Origin: Candidatus Uhrbacteria bacterium
GTDB lineage: Bacteria; Patescibacteriota; Patescibacteriia; UBA9934; UBA11717
Direction of reading: 5' to 3'
Length of the DNA stretch: 63,265 bases
Assembly: GCA_018701105.1 (NCBI GenBank)
Contig: JABIWD010000062.1
Location: 1 to 63,265, forward strand
Shown: in pieces, positions 9,865-18,173 of the stretch
Position numbering within the stretch: position 1 is the stretch's first letter
Layout of the letters: the number at the start of each line of letters is the position of its first letter
Notes under the pieces: model-generated
The model's database searches: none
Told to the model about the DNA's origin: nothing
Seen by the model: only the letters and a program-made list of their open reading frames with translations
Made by a program: the position numbers and the translations under genes

Positions 9865-10608
9865 TTGGTGCAGAACATGGATACTTCCATAACAACTGGA
9901 GCCTTTTTCGTTATCGATGGAACCGACGGAGCAGGTAAAGCAACACAGACGAGAAAGCTCGTCGAGCGTTTTGTTTCCGAGGGGCGTGCTGTGGAGACCA
10001 TCTCATTTCCCCAGTACGGCGCAAAGAGCGCAGGAATGGTTGAGGAATATCTTGGTGGAAAGTATGGAGAGAACGCGAAAGACGTGAATGCAAAAGCTGC
10101 GAGTATCTTTTACGCGGTGGACCGCTTCGATGCATCGTTCAAAATCAAGCAATGGGTAGCCGAAGGCAAGATCGTGATCTCTGACCGCTTCGTAGGATCG
10201 AACATGGGTCATCAAGGAGGCAAGATCACCGACCAAGACGAACGTAGCGCGTACCTTGCATGGAACGACGACATGGAGCACAACATTCTACGAATCCCTC
10301 GACCAACGCTAAATGTGATCCTGAGTGTGCCAGTAGAAGTCGCAATGAAGCTTGCAAAGCAAGGTGAAAAGGAAAAAACGAAGGTGAAGGGTGACATTCA
10401 CGAGAAAGATCCAGATCATCTACAAGCGTCGATTGAAACCTTCAAAGAGGTTGCCACGAACTTCCCTGGATATCACCTCATAGATTGTTCGCAAGAAGGT
10501 GGACTCAGAACCATAGAAGATATACACGAAGAAATTTGGCGCGCCGTGCAATTGCATGTACCAACGCCTCTGATACTGAATAACAAACATCAACAAGCCA
10601 CCGTATGA
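9865..10608 (+). CDS. tmk: thymidylate kinase
   Basis: P-loop FFVIDGTDGAGKATQ, DRF(V)GSN motif. Last gene of the dTMP operon. The start could instead be ATG 9877. Confidence 0.9.
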   Translation: MVQNMDTSITTGAFFVIDGTDGAGKATQTRKLVERFVSEGRAVETISFPQYGAKSAGMVEEYLGGKYGENAKDVNAKAASIFYAVDRFDASFKIKQWVAEGKIVISDRFVGSNMGHQGGKITDQDERSAYLAWNDDMEHNILRIPRPTLNVILSVPVEVAMKLAKQGEKEKTKVKGDIHEKDPDHLQASIETFKEVATNFPGYHLIDCSQEGGLRTIEDIHEEIWRAVQLHVPTPLILNNKHQQATV

Positions 10609-11459
10609 AAAAACTTCTAGGAATCGGCGCGCTGATAGACCAGTCATGGGATCAGTACAGGAAGCACTTCCCTATGCTGATAAAGATCAGTGCATGGGCC
10701 CTTGTGGTTACAGCGGTGAACGTTATCGCGATCAGCATGTATCCGATAAATGCATCGGAACTAACGCGCAGTTTGAATGGCTGGGAGATCACAGGATTAC
10801 TACTGTTCGTTCTCAATAACACCATCCTTGCGATCGTTGTTGGCGTATGGATCGTGAATGCGTTGATTACCGCGATACACAACTTCGACCACGGCAAGAA
10901 GATCAAGATGGTGCAGATACACAAAGTTGGTTGGAAGCTGTTCTGGCCACAGGTACTCGTCAGGATATACCTTGCCCTCGTATTCGGACTCACGTTCGCA
11001 ATACCAATGTTCGCGTTCTGGCTTGTAACAAACATTGCATCAACATTCCTACCGTCTGGAATATTGTTCTTGCTACTGTTCGCAGCACTGATCCTGTTCC
11101 TAGCTCCGCTTGCAGTACTCGTATACCTCGCATTTGCTGTCTTTGCACTTGTAGTGTCGGGACACCAAGGAACAAAAGCCCTTAAAGAAAGCATCAGACT
11201 CGTAAAAGGACGCTTCTGGCCCGTGGTTATGCGCCTGTTCATTCCAAAGCTACTTTACTTTGGTATATTCTTCCTAGCGCAGGTATTGCTAGTCATGATT
11301 CTAGAGGTCGCAGTCTTCGGGCTCCTCGGAGGTGCAGACGAGCTACTGGTTCAGCGAGTTAACTGGCTCATTCTTCCAACAAGTTACACAGTACTATTTA
11401 TATTCATAAATCCACTTCTCTTGATCACGGATCACAAGATCTATAGAGACCTAATATAA
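10605..11459 (+). CDS. polytopic membrane protein, hypothetical
   Basis: 284 aa with at least 6 hydrophobic helices. The N-terminal W..Y(R/T) motif is shared with the next ORF, so they look like tandem paralogues. Confidence 0.7.
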   Translation: MKKLLGIGALIDQSWDQYRKHFPMLIKISAWALVVTAVNVIAISMYPINASELTRSLNGWEITGLLLFVLNNTILAIVVGVWIVNALITAIHNFDHGKKIKMVQIHKVGWKLFWPQVLVRIYLALVFGLTFAIPMFAFWLVTNIASTFLPSGILFLLLFAALILFLAPLAVLVYLAFAVFALVVSGHQGTKALKESIRLVKGRFWPVVMRLFIPKLLYFGIFFLAQVLLVMILEVAVFGLLGGADELLVQRVNWLILPTSYTVLFIFINPLLLITDHKIYRDLI

Positions 11460-11463
11460 AAAT

Positions 11464-12183
11464 ATGGCAGAAGCAAAAACAGCAAAAAGCCTCCCGTCGT
11501 TTAGCGAGGTCCTCTCAACAACTTGGAACGGGTACACACAGAACCAGGCAATAATCTGGAAGATCGTTGCGCCTTACGTCGGACTATCCGCGCTGCAGGG
11601 ACTATTGATCGCTCTATACCCTTCACCACTGATCGGTAGCATCATAGGCATCGCGATCATGGTCGTAGCAATCTGGCTCTCCATTGTGCTCACACGCCTC
11701 ATGCACCAGATCACAATGAAGGGCAAAGTTGATGCAGAAAAGGCGCAGGCTAATATTGGAGAAGTACTTTGGCCATATATTGCAGTAAGCATCATCGTTG
11801 GAATCATCGTGATGCTTGGACTTGTAGCGTTCATCATACCTGGAATCATACTTGCACTCATGTACTTTGGTGCAACGTATTCAACGATTATCGATAAAAA
11901 GGGAGTGAGCGAAGCAATGCAGTTCAGTATCAAGATTACCAAGGGACGAAAGTGGGAATTATTCTCGTTACTGTTCATCCTCATGGTTGTAGTCGGATTG
12001 ATCTATCTCATAACGCTTGGAGTGGTTGGATTCGTGCTCGGCATGATAGGAGGTCTTGCAAGTGCCGAATGGGGCGCTGGTCTTGCCATAGTGGGTCAGA
12101 GTGTTTTGGACGGAATCCTTATCCCTGTTTCAAATGGAATTGGTGTGATGATCTTCGGACATTTGAAAAAACTAGCAAAATAA
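11464..12183 (+). CDS. polytopic membrane protein, hypothetical (paralogue of previous)
   Basis: 239 aa, multi-TM, same architecture as 10605..11459. Confidence 0.7.
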   Translation: MAEAKTAKSLPSFSEVLSTTWNGYTQNQAIIWKIVAPYVGLSALQGLLIALYPSPLIGSIIGIAIMVVAIWLSIVLTRLMHQITMKGKVDAEKAQANIGEVLWPYIAVSIIVGIIVMLGLVAFIIPGIILALMYFGATYSTIIDKKGVSEAMQFSIKITKGRKWELFSLLFILMVVVGLIYLITLGVVGFVLGMIGGLASAEWGAGLAIVGQSVLDGILIPVSNGIGVMIFGHLKKLAK

Positions 12184-12193
12184 TAACTACAAA

Positions 12194-12212
12194 GGGGCTT
12201 CGGCTCCTTTTT
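12194..12212 (+). terminator. intrinsic terminator
   Basis: GGGGC-UUCG-GCUCC tetraloop hairpin (12194-12207) followed by TTTTT. Confidence 0.6.
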
Positions 12213-12279
12213 AGTTTGCCGCCATGCACACAGCTGCAATAATCCACATCGCACTCTTTCCATGTTATACTTGGACATT

Positions 12280-13809
12280 ATGGAATATAAACACCTAGAA
12301 ACAGTTATAGGACTGGAAATCCATGTCCAACTGAAGACAAAAACCAAGCTATTTTCCTCTGTAAGCAACCACGCCGACGGAGCTGGAGCGAATACTTTAA
12401 TTTCTGCAATCGACGTCGGTCACCCTGGAACGCTGCCATCTTTGAATGCGCAGGCGCTACATTTTGCTGTACGGATCGGTTTGGCGCTGAACTGTAAGAT
12501 AAACTCGCCCACCTATTTCGATCGAAAGCACTACATCTACCCTGACCTTCCAAAGGGTTACCAGATTTCACAGTTCGATGTTCCGGTCGCTGAAGAAGGT
12601 TATCTATCGTTCGACGTACCCGATGGAAAGCGTGATGTCGCCAAGATACACATTGAGCGAGCTCACCTTGAGGAAGACGCAGCTAAGAACGTGCATCGTG
12701 ACGGAAAAACACTCGTTGACTTCAACCGCGCAGGAACACCGCTGGTCGAGATTGTGACCAAGCCTGATTTCCGCACGCCGCAAGAAGCAAAACTGTTCTT
12801 GTACGAGCTCCGCCGTATCATGAGATACATCGGGGTGTCTGACGCCGATATGGAAAAGGGTCATATGCGATGTGACGCAAACATCTCATTGAGGCCTGTA
12901 GATGAGGATGGAGTACCAACTGCACAACTTTTCTATCCAAAGACCGAGGTAAAGAACATGAACTCGTTCCGCTCTGTTGAACGTGCTTTGATATACGAGA
13001 TAAGTCGACAGCGTGATCTTTGGGAGACGAACTCGCCACCATCTGTAACAACTACTCGTGGCTGGAACGAAGATAAGCAGAAAACCGAAATGCAACGAAC
13101 CAAAGAGGAGGCTGCTGACTATCGCTTTATGCGTGAGCCAGACATCCCGCCAACGAGTCTTGAAGAGATCGTTGAGCTTGAGAAGAACCTTTTGCCTGAA
13201 TTGCCAGTTGCTCGACGTACTCGATTTGTTGACCAACTTGGATTTAAACGAGACGACACGCTCGTTCTCACAGACGATCCCGTTCTTGCAGATTTTGCAG
13301 AGGCAACGCTGAGTGAGTTGTACGCGTGGGTCTCTTCCCTTCCCGACGAAGGAACCGCTGAGGAAACTCGCACAAACAAAAAAGACGAGCTTGTACGGCT
13401 CGCGTCTTCTTGGATTGTGAACCGGCTCCTTGGAATCATGAGCTCGATGTCTATCGATATACGCACGATTCACATCACGCCGGAAAATATGGCCGAGTTC
13501 TTAACACTGGTTTACCAAAACAAGCTCAACAACAAAACGGGCTCAACTGTGCTCGAGAAAATGCTCGAAGACGGAAACTCACCCGCTCAAATCATGCATG
13601 ATCTGGGAATGAACCCAATTGATGATGCCGGGCAACTTGAGATGATCATTAACGATGTCTTAATGAAGTTCCCAGAGCAAGTCGAGGAATACAAGTCAGG
13701 AAAGGTGACTCTGCTTGGATTCTTTGTCGGAATGGTACAAAAACAAACCCAGGGCAACGCTGACCCTAGGCAAACAAAGGAACTACTTGAGAAACTTCTC
13801 GGCGAGTAG
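12280..13809 (+). CDS. gatB: Asp/Glu-tRNA(Asn/Gln) amidotransferase subunit B
   Basis: ETVIGLEIHVQL, DFNRAGTPLVEIV and MRCDANISL motifs, C-terminal GatB/YqeY domain. Start taken at M7 of the track ORF (12262). Confidence 0.95.
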   Translation: MEYKHLETVIGLEIHVQLKTKTKLFSSVSNHADGAGANTLISAIDVGHPGTLPSLNAQALHFAVRIGLALNCKINSPTYFDRKHYIYPDLPKGYQISQFDVPVAEEGYLSFDVPDGKRDVAKIHIERAHLEEDAAKNVHRDGKTLVDFNRAGTPLVEIVTKPDFRTPQEAKLFLYELRRIMRYIGVSDADMEKGHMRCDANISLRPVDEDGVPTAQLFYPKTEVKNMNSFRSVERALIYEISRQRDLWETNSPPSVTTTRGWNEDKQKTEMQRTKEEAADYRFMREPDIPPTSLEEIVELEKNLLPELPVARRTRFVDQLGFKRDDTLVLTDDPVLADFAEATLSELYAWVSSLPDEGTAEETRTNKKDELVRLASSWIVNRLLGIMSSMSIDIRTIHITPENMAEFLTLVYQNKLNNKTGSTVLEKMLEDGNSPAQIMHDLGMNPIDDAGQLEMIINDVLMKFPEQVEEYKSGKVTLLGFFVGMVQKQTQGNADPRQTKELLEKLLGE

Positions 13810-14709
13810 AAGCCCTTCGTCCCCCTCCCTCACCCACTTAATTGTTGCATCCCTTCGAAACCACGACAGCTGTCGCTTTGCGAGCCGTCGTGTGTTTTGT
13901 TGCAAGCGCTTAAGCAACTCCTCCTTGTTATATTCACCCTGCAAATAATCCACCACTTCTCTATACCCAATCCCGGACATAGCACTTCTTGTAACATTGG
14001 CACCTTCCTCGAGCAGGTTGTACACCTCATCGATCAATCCATCATAAACTAAATTCCGTGCACGATAATCAATGCGCATATACAAAGATTCTCGTGGGTG
14101 GTCGATAGCTAACTGTAGTGCCTGGTACTTGGGTTCATTCTTCAGCTGCATCTCGGAGAAAGGCTTCCTCGTAACCATACAAACCTCAATAGCACGAATC
14201 AACCTCCGCTTATTGTTATTGTCGATCGATGCCGCCCCAACAGGGTCGCAAGACTCGTATGTCTTGATCAGGTCCTCGATAGATTTCTTTTTGAGGCGAT
14301 TACGAATCTCCTCGTTAGGCGCTACGTTCGGAAACCCCAAGTTCTCCACAATCGACTGGATATACAAACCAGTACCCCCAACTAGAATCGGAAGTTTACC
14401 TCGACTTAAGATATCGTCTATCGCAACGAACGCCTTTTTTTGAAATTCGGCCGCGGTGAACTCCTCGTTGGGACCAAGTAAGTCAACCAGATGCTCACGA
14501 ATACCATCAACAATATAATGAGACTCATCGCCAACCTGCTCCCAGTCACCTTCATCCTTTGCACTACCGATGTCCAGTCCCTTGTATATCTGCCTAGAAT
14601 CTGCCACTACAATTTCTCCATTGTATTTTTGAGCTATGCTCAGAGCCAACCCACTCTTTCCTGATGCGGTAGGCCCAACAACGGCAACGATTTTTGGTTT
14701 ATCATTCAT
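13783..14709 (-). CDS. miaA: tRNA dimethylallyltransferase
   Basis: VGPTASGKS P-loop, VGGTGLY motif. 308 aa. Confidence 0.95.
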   Translation of the reverse strand: MNDKPKIVAVVGPTASGKSGLALSIAQKYNGEIVVADSRQIYKGLDIGSAKDEGDWEQVGDESHYIVDGIREHLVDLLGPNEEFTAAEFQKKAFVAIDDILSRGKLPILVGGTGLYIQSIVENLGFPNVAPNEEIRNRLKKKSIEDLIKTYESCDPVGAASIDNNNKRRLIRAIEVCMVTRKPFSEMQLKNEPKYQALQLAIDHPRESLYMRIDYRARNLVYDGLIDEVYNLLEEGANVTRSAMSGIGYREVVDYLQGEYNKEELLKRLQQNTRRLAKRQLSWFRRDATIKWVREGDEGLLLAEKFLK

Positions 14710-14723
14710 GGCTACATTATAAC

Positions 14724-14754
14724 AAAAAAATTCGGCCCCCGTGATCGAGGGACG
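14724..14754 (-). terminator. candidate intrinsic terminator after 14764..15333
   Basis: On the minus strand, hairpin CGTCCCTC/GGGGGCCG (one mismatch) followed by AATTTTTTT. A TATAAT for miaA follows immediately. Confidence 0.45.
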
Positions 14755-14763
14755 AAACGTCGT

Positions 14764-15333
14764 CTATCCAGTGCCTTCTTGGCCCGTTGGACCATGCTCG
14801 TCTTCCGCTGCCCATCGCAGCAGTGTCGCCAAGATCAGGCCGTCCGCAACTCGCAGCACCATGTCGCGTTCTTCGCGGCTGATGTTGTAAGTCGGAGGCA
14901 TCGTGCTCTTGGCACTGAGCCTGAGGGCGAACATCTCTTCACGAGATCGATTGACACTGGCCACAAACGCACTAGCGACATGCAGACCCTTGTCCCCCTG
15001 CAGATGCAAGAAGGTGGTCAAGGTGAGACCTGCCATCCGACTTTCATCCACGGTCAAGTCCTTGACCTTACGCAGATTCATGAACTGTCGGCGGGAAGCC
15101 ATGGCCTCGACCATCCGATTTACGAAGTTCACCGTAGCTCGCTGCTGCGCGCGTGAGAGACCCATGAAGGCAGCTTGCTGTTCCTCCGATGCGCCGTACC
15201 CGTCCAGGATCTCCTTGAGGAGGCACTGTCGTCGCGCTCCCTCGCCCGTCATGGGCGAGCTTGACCCGTCATCAGAACTGGAACCAGCTCGATAACGGCA
15301 TCGATTCAAAAAGTCAACTTCGATTACCATCAT
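14764..15333 (-). CDS. hypothetical protein (GC-enriched orphan)
   Basis: 189 aa. AAGGA about 8 nt upstream of the ATG, TTGACA-N17-TAAGTT further upstream, and its own terminator. No family recognised. Confidence 0.55.
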   Translation of the reverse strand: MMVIEVDFLNRCRYRAGSSSDDGSSSPMTGEGARRQCLLKEILDGYGASEEQQAAFMGLSRAQQRATVNFVNRMVEAMASRRQFMNLRKVKDLTVDESRMAGLTLTTFLHLQGDKGLHVASAFVASVNRSREEMFALRLSAKSTMPPTYNISREERDMVLRVADGLILATLLRWAAEDEHGPTGQEGTG

Positions 15334-15481
15334 TTCTACCGTCCTTTCCGAGAGAACCGTCTCCTTTATGGAGATTTCAACTTAACAGAATTATACACAA
15401 TTGTCAAGACTTCCCTAGCCTCTCTGAAAATGCTAGAATTCGAGTATCATTTAGGGAGAATTCCCAATACTTTTAGCTAAT

Positions 15482-17854
15482 ATGAGCGCAGAAAATGCCA
15501 ACGCCCAGAGGCACGAAGCACCAGGACAAGGTGCAGAGCCTCAAGAAGCCCGCGAGGCTGCTTCGGAGCAACATAGAGAAGAAGCCGCCATGGAGCCTAC
15601 CTGGCAAGTCGGTCAGGAGGTTTCTACGTTCCACGAGTACGGAAAAGACGAGAAACATACAGCCGGAAAGGTTGAGTCTATTGAGGACGGTATTTACACA
15701 ATCGACGTAGGCGGAGAAAAGGTTGCTAGGACAGAAGAGGGTCTACGACAAGATGAGTTGAAGAACTCGCTGCACGATTACGCCCTTATAGCTGCAAATG
15801 AGGTTGAGGGTGTATCCCAAGAAAAAATTGCAATGATTCAAGATGGTCTCACTCTTTTGGTCGATGAGCTTGTTCTTGGTGGTGAGTCTGAGAGCGTAGT
15901 ACAGGGTGAAGTAACCGCTGTAATGCGCGAGATGCTCTCTCGCCCAGAAGGTGAAGAGAATGCGCCAGCATGGATGAAGATTAAAGAACATTTCAGCGCA
16001 CGTGAAGCTGCTATTGAAGAGGACTTGAAGGGACTCGATTACGAGGATGAGGATGTATCAGACTTCTTGTTGCAGATGAGTGAAGGTGCGGACATGTTGG
16101 CTGATGCTCAGATCGCAGGAGACGACGCAGCCGCCGCAGAGCATGGAGCAGAGTTGTTTGAAACTGTGAGCGAAGTAGCTCAGCAGCTACACGAAGAACT
16201 TGGTGATGCACCCGGCCCTGCAAAGATGGGGCTCTCAAACGCTCTTGGAAGATTCATTTCCCCTCTTTCACTTGGTGCTCGGGGAGTTAAGAAGACAGAT
16301 GCCGATCTTTCCATGAGCATGAGCGACATCGCTCTTTCGTTCGCATCAAGGATGGCGGGAAGAATCAACATTGATAAAGTAAAAGCAGAAGTAATTTCTG
16401 TATCGAATAGAATCAGAAACGAATTGAACGCACAAATCGCAGATATAAGGGAAAGAGTGCGTGACGTTCAAAGACCAGACGAGTTCGCTGGTGAATTTGC
16501 TGCCGGTGACGATGAGGGTGAGGGTGATGTGTCGCTAGACGCTCGAGCTCGTCCAGTAGAAGACGCCGGTGTAATAATGCCGAACGCTGACGGTGAGGCG
16601 GTGCCTGACATGTCAACAACAGAGCAACCTAGAACTGCAAGAGGTCTTAGGGCTCGTGATGCACGAGAATACAGCCGACCTGGAGAGGTTACGATTAGCA
16701 GTGCTCATGGTCCGGCTCGCAACATGGAACGATCACGACCTGAAGCCGCAACGTTCTCACCCGACCAAAAGGCTGAAGCTAAACAGTTCGCTTTGTCAGA
16801 AAAAGGAATCGACGCGAGCATGAGCACAGTCTCGGATTTCCTGAACTCAGAATCCGGACGTCTAGCAATCTTGGGAGACCCGTCACTGGAAGGACTACGG
16901 GACTTCACTGCCAATGATTACAAAGCGCAGCAAGACCTAGCCGTTGCAGGTGGATTCTGGGCACGACGAAAGGCTCGAAAGGCCGTGAAGAATATGGACT
17001 CCCTAATCGCAAAGGCAGGACTCGTGATGGCAGATGCTGTTGGTAAAGCTCCGATCGGTGGATATGAGGCAGCGGGGCCAGTTGGAGCCGGATATAGTGC
17101 TAACATGGGCGGAATGCCAGCAGGTGGTGGACGAGAACCTGGATATCGAAATAGAGATAGAGCAAAATATGACAAAACTGACCTGCCTACTGGCGATCTT
17201 CTAGACGCAGATCAGACTTTTGCAGACGACCCAACCGGAGAACTCCTACCAGCTGATCCAAACGCTGGGCGCAGCAAACCACAGCGAGTCCGATCTGGAG
17301 TAGGACGCAGAGCTGGTGTATCAACTCCGTCAGCAGGATACGGAGTGAACATGGGCGGAATGCCAGCAGGTGGTGGACGAGAACCGTCATACCGAGATAG
17401 AGTACGTCCACAAGGAAAGGAAATTAATGGTGGAAAGCTATTTGACGCAGATCAAGAGTTCGCGGATGGTGAACAAGAAGAAGACGAGTCAACCGGAGAA
17501 CTTCTAGAAGCGACGGACAAGCCAGCGCCAACTCACCGAGCAAGACCAGGAAAGGGTCGACGTGAAAGTATTAAGAATGTAGGTGCAGGATACGGAGTGG
17601 ACGTCGGAGGAGTTCAGAACCCATCTGGTCTACCAAGTAGGTCACTTGGAGATGTATCACGACCAAAGAAAGGTGCACCTAAGCGAAGGAATGCTAGGCC
17701 AGCAGCAGCTAAGCCAGCAGCTGCGCCAAGACGAGCACCTATAAGCGGACCAGTTGGTTCGTCATCGAGACCTGGAGAGGGTCTAAAACCTCGACGACGA
17801 ACACGACGTAGACCACCCGCATCACCGGGCGGACAACCAAGAGCTGGAGTCTAA
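15482..17854 (+). CDS. large acidic/low-complexity protein with 82-aa internal repeats and a basic C-terminal tail
   Basis: 790 aa. A 38-nt identical DNA core occurs at 17102-17139 and 17348-17385 (NMGGMPAGGGREP). The C-terminus is Arg/Pro/Lys-rich. Confidence 0.7.
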   Translation: MSAENANAQRHEAPGQGAEPQEAREAASEQHREEAAMEPTWQVGQEVSTFHEYGKDEKHTAGKVESIEDGIYTIDVGGEKVARTEEGLRQDELKNSLHDYALIAANEVEGVSQEKIAMIQDGLTLLVDELVLGGESESVVQGEVTAVMREMLSRPEGEENAPAWMKIKEHFSAREAAIEEDLKGLDYEDEDVSDFLLQMSEGADMLADAQIAGDDAAAAEHGAELFETVSEVAQQLHEELGDAPGPAKMGLSNALGRFISPLSLGARGVKKTDADLSMSMSDIALSFASRMAGRINIDKVKAEVISVSNRIRNELNAQIADIRERVRDVQRPDEFAGEFAAGDDEGEGDVSLDARARPVEDAGVIMPNADGEAVPDMSTTEQPRTARGLRARDAREYSRPGEVTISSAHGPARNMERSRPEAATFSPDQKAEAKQFALSEKGIDASMSTVSDFLNSESGRLAILGDPSLEGLRDFTANDYKAQQDLAVAGGFWARRKARKAVKNMDSLIAKAGLVMADAVGKAPIGGYEAAGPVGAGYSANMGGMPAGGGREPGYRNRDRAKYDKTDLPTGDLLDADQTFADDPTGELLPADPNAGRSKPQRVRSGVGRRAGVSTPSAGYGVNMGGMPAGGGREPSYRDRVRPQGKEINGGKLFDADQEFADGEQEEDESTGELLEATDKPAPTHRARPGKGRRESIKNVGAGYGVDVGGVQNPSGLPSRSLGDVSRPKKGAPKRRNARPAAAKPAAAPRRAPISGPVGSSSRPGEGLKPRRRTRRRPPASPGGQPRAGV

Positions 17855-17875
17855 ACACTAGAAACCGTATCGCGT

Positions 17876-18139
17876 ATGTCTACACACGATAGAATTGAAA
17901 AGGAGGAGGCTATTCAGGAGGCAGCAGTACAAGAGGCCTTAGAAGAAATCTCTCGCGTAGAACATCAATCTACCGTGCAAAAGCAAGCGTATAATGAGCT
18001 TGAAGAGTTCATCCAGTTAATGGACAACAAAAGCATACTGTCTCGCCTACCGTTAACAAAGGACGGACGCGAGTATAGGAAAGCTAAGCAAACACTCGAG
18101 GCCCTGGACTTTGAAAACAGGAACGAGGAACTTGTTTAA
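17876..18139 (+). CDS. small hypothetical protein (predicted helical)
   Basis: 87 aa, starts 22 nt after the previous gene and is followed by a strong terminator. Confidence 0.5.
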   Translation: MSTHDRIEKEEAIQEAAVQEALEEISRVEHQSTVQKQAYNELEEFIQLMDNKSILSRLPLTKDGREYRKAKQTLEALDFENRNEELV

Positions 18140-18146
18140 AACAAAA

Positions 18147-18171
18147 CACCGAGCTCACGCTCGGTGTTTTT
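18147..18171. terminator. bidirectional intrinsic terminator
   Basis: CACCGAGC (18147-18154) pairs with GCTCGGTG (18159-18166), then TTTTT. An A-rich run precedes it, which would serve the convergent thrS. Confidence 0.75.
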
Positions 18172-18173
18172 GA

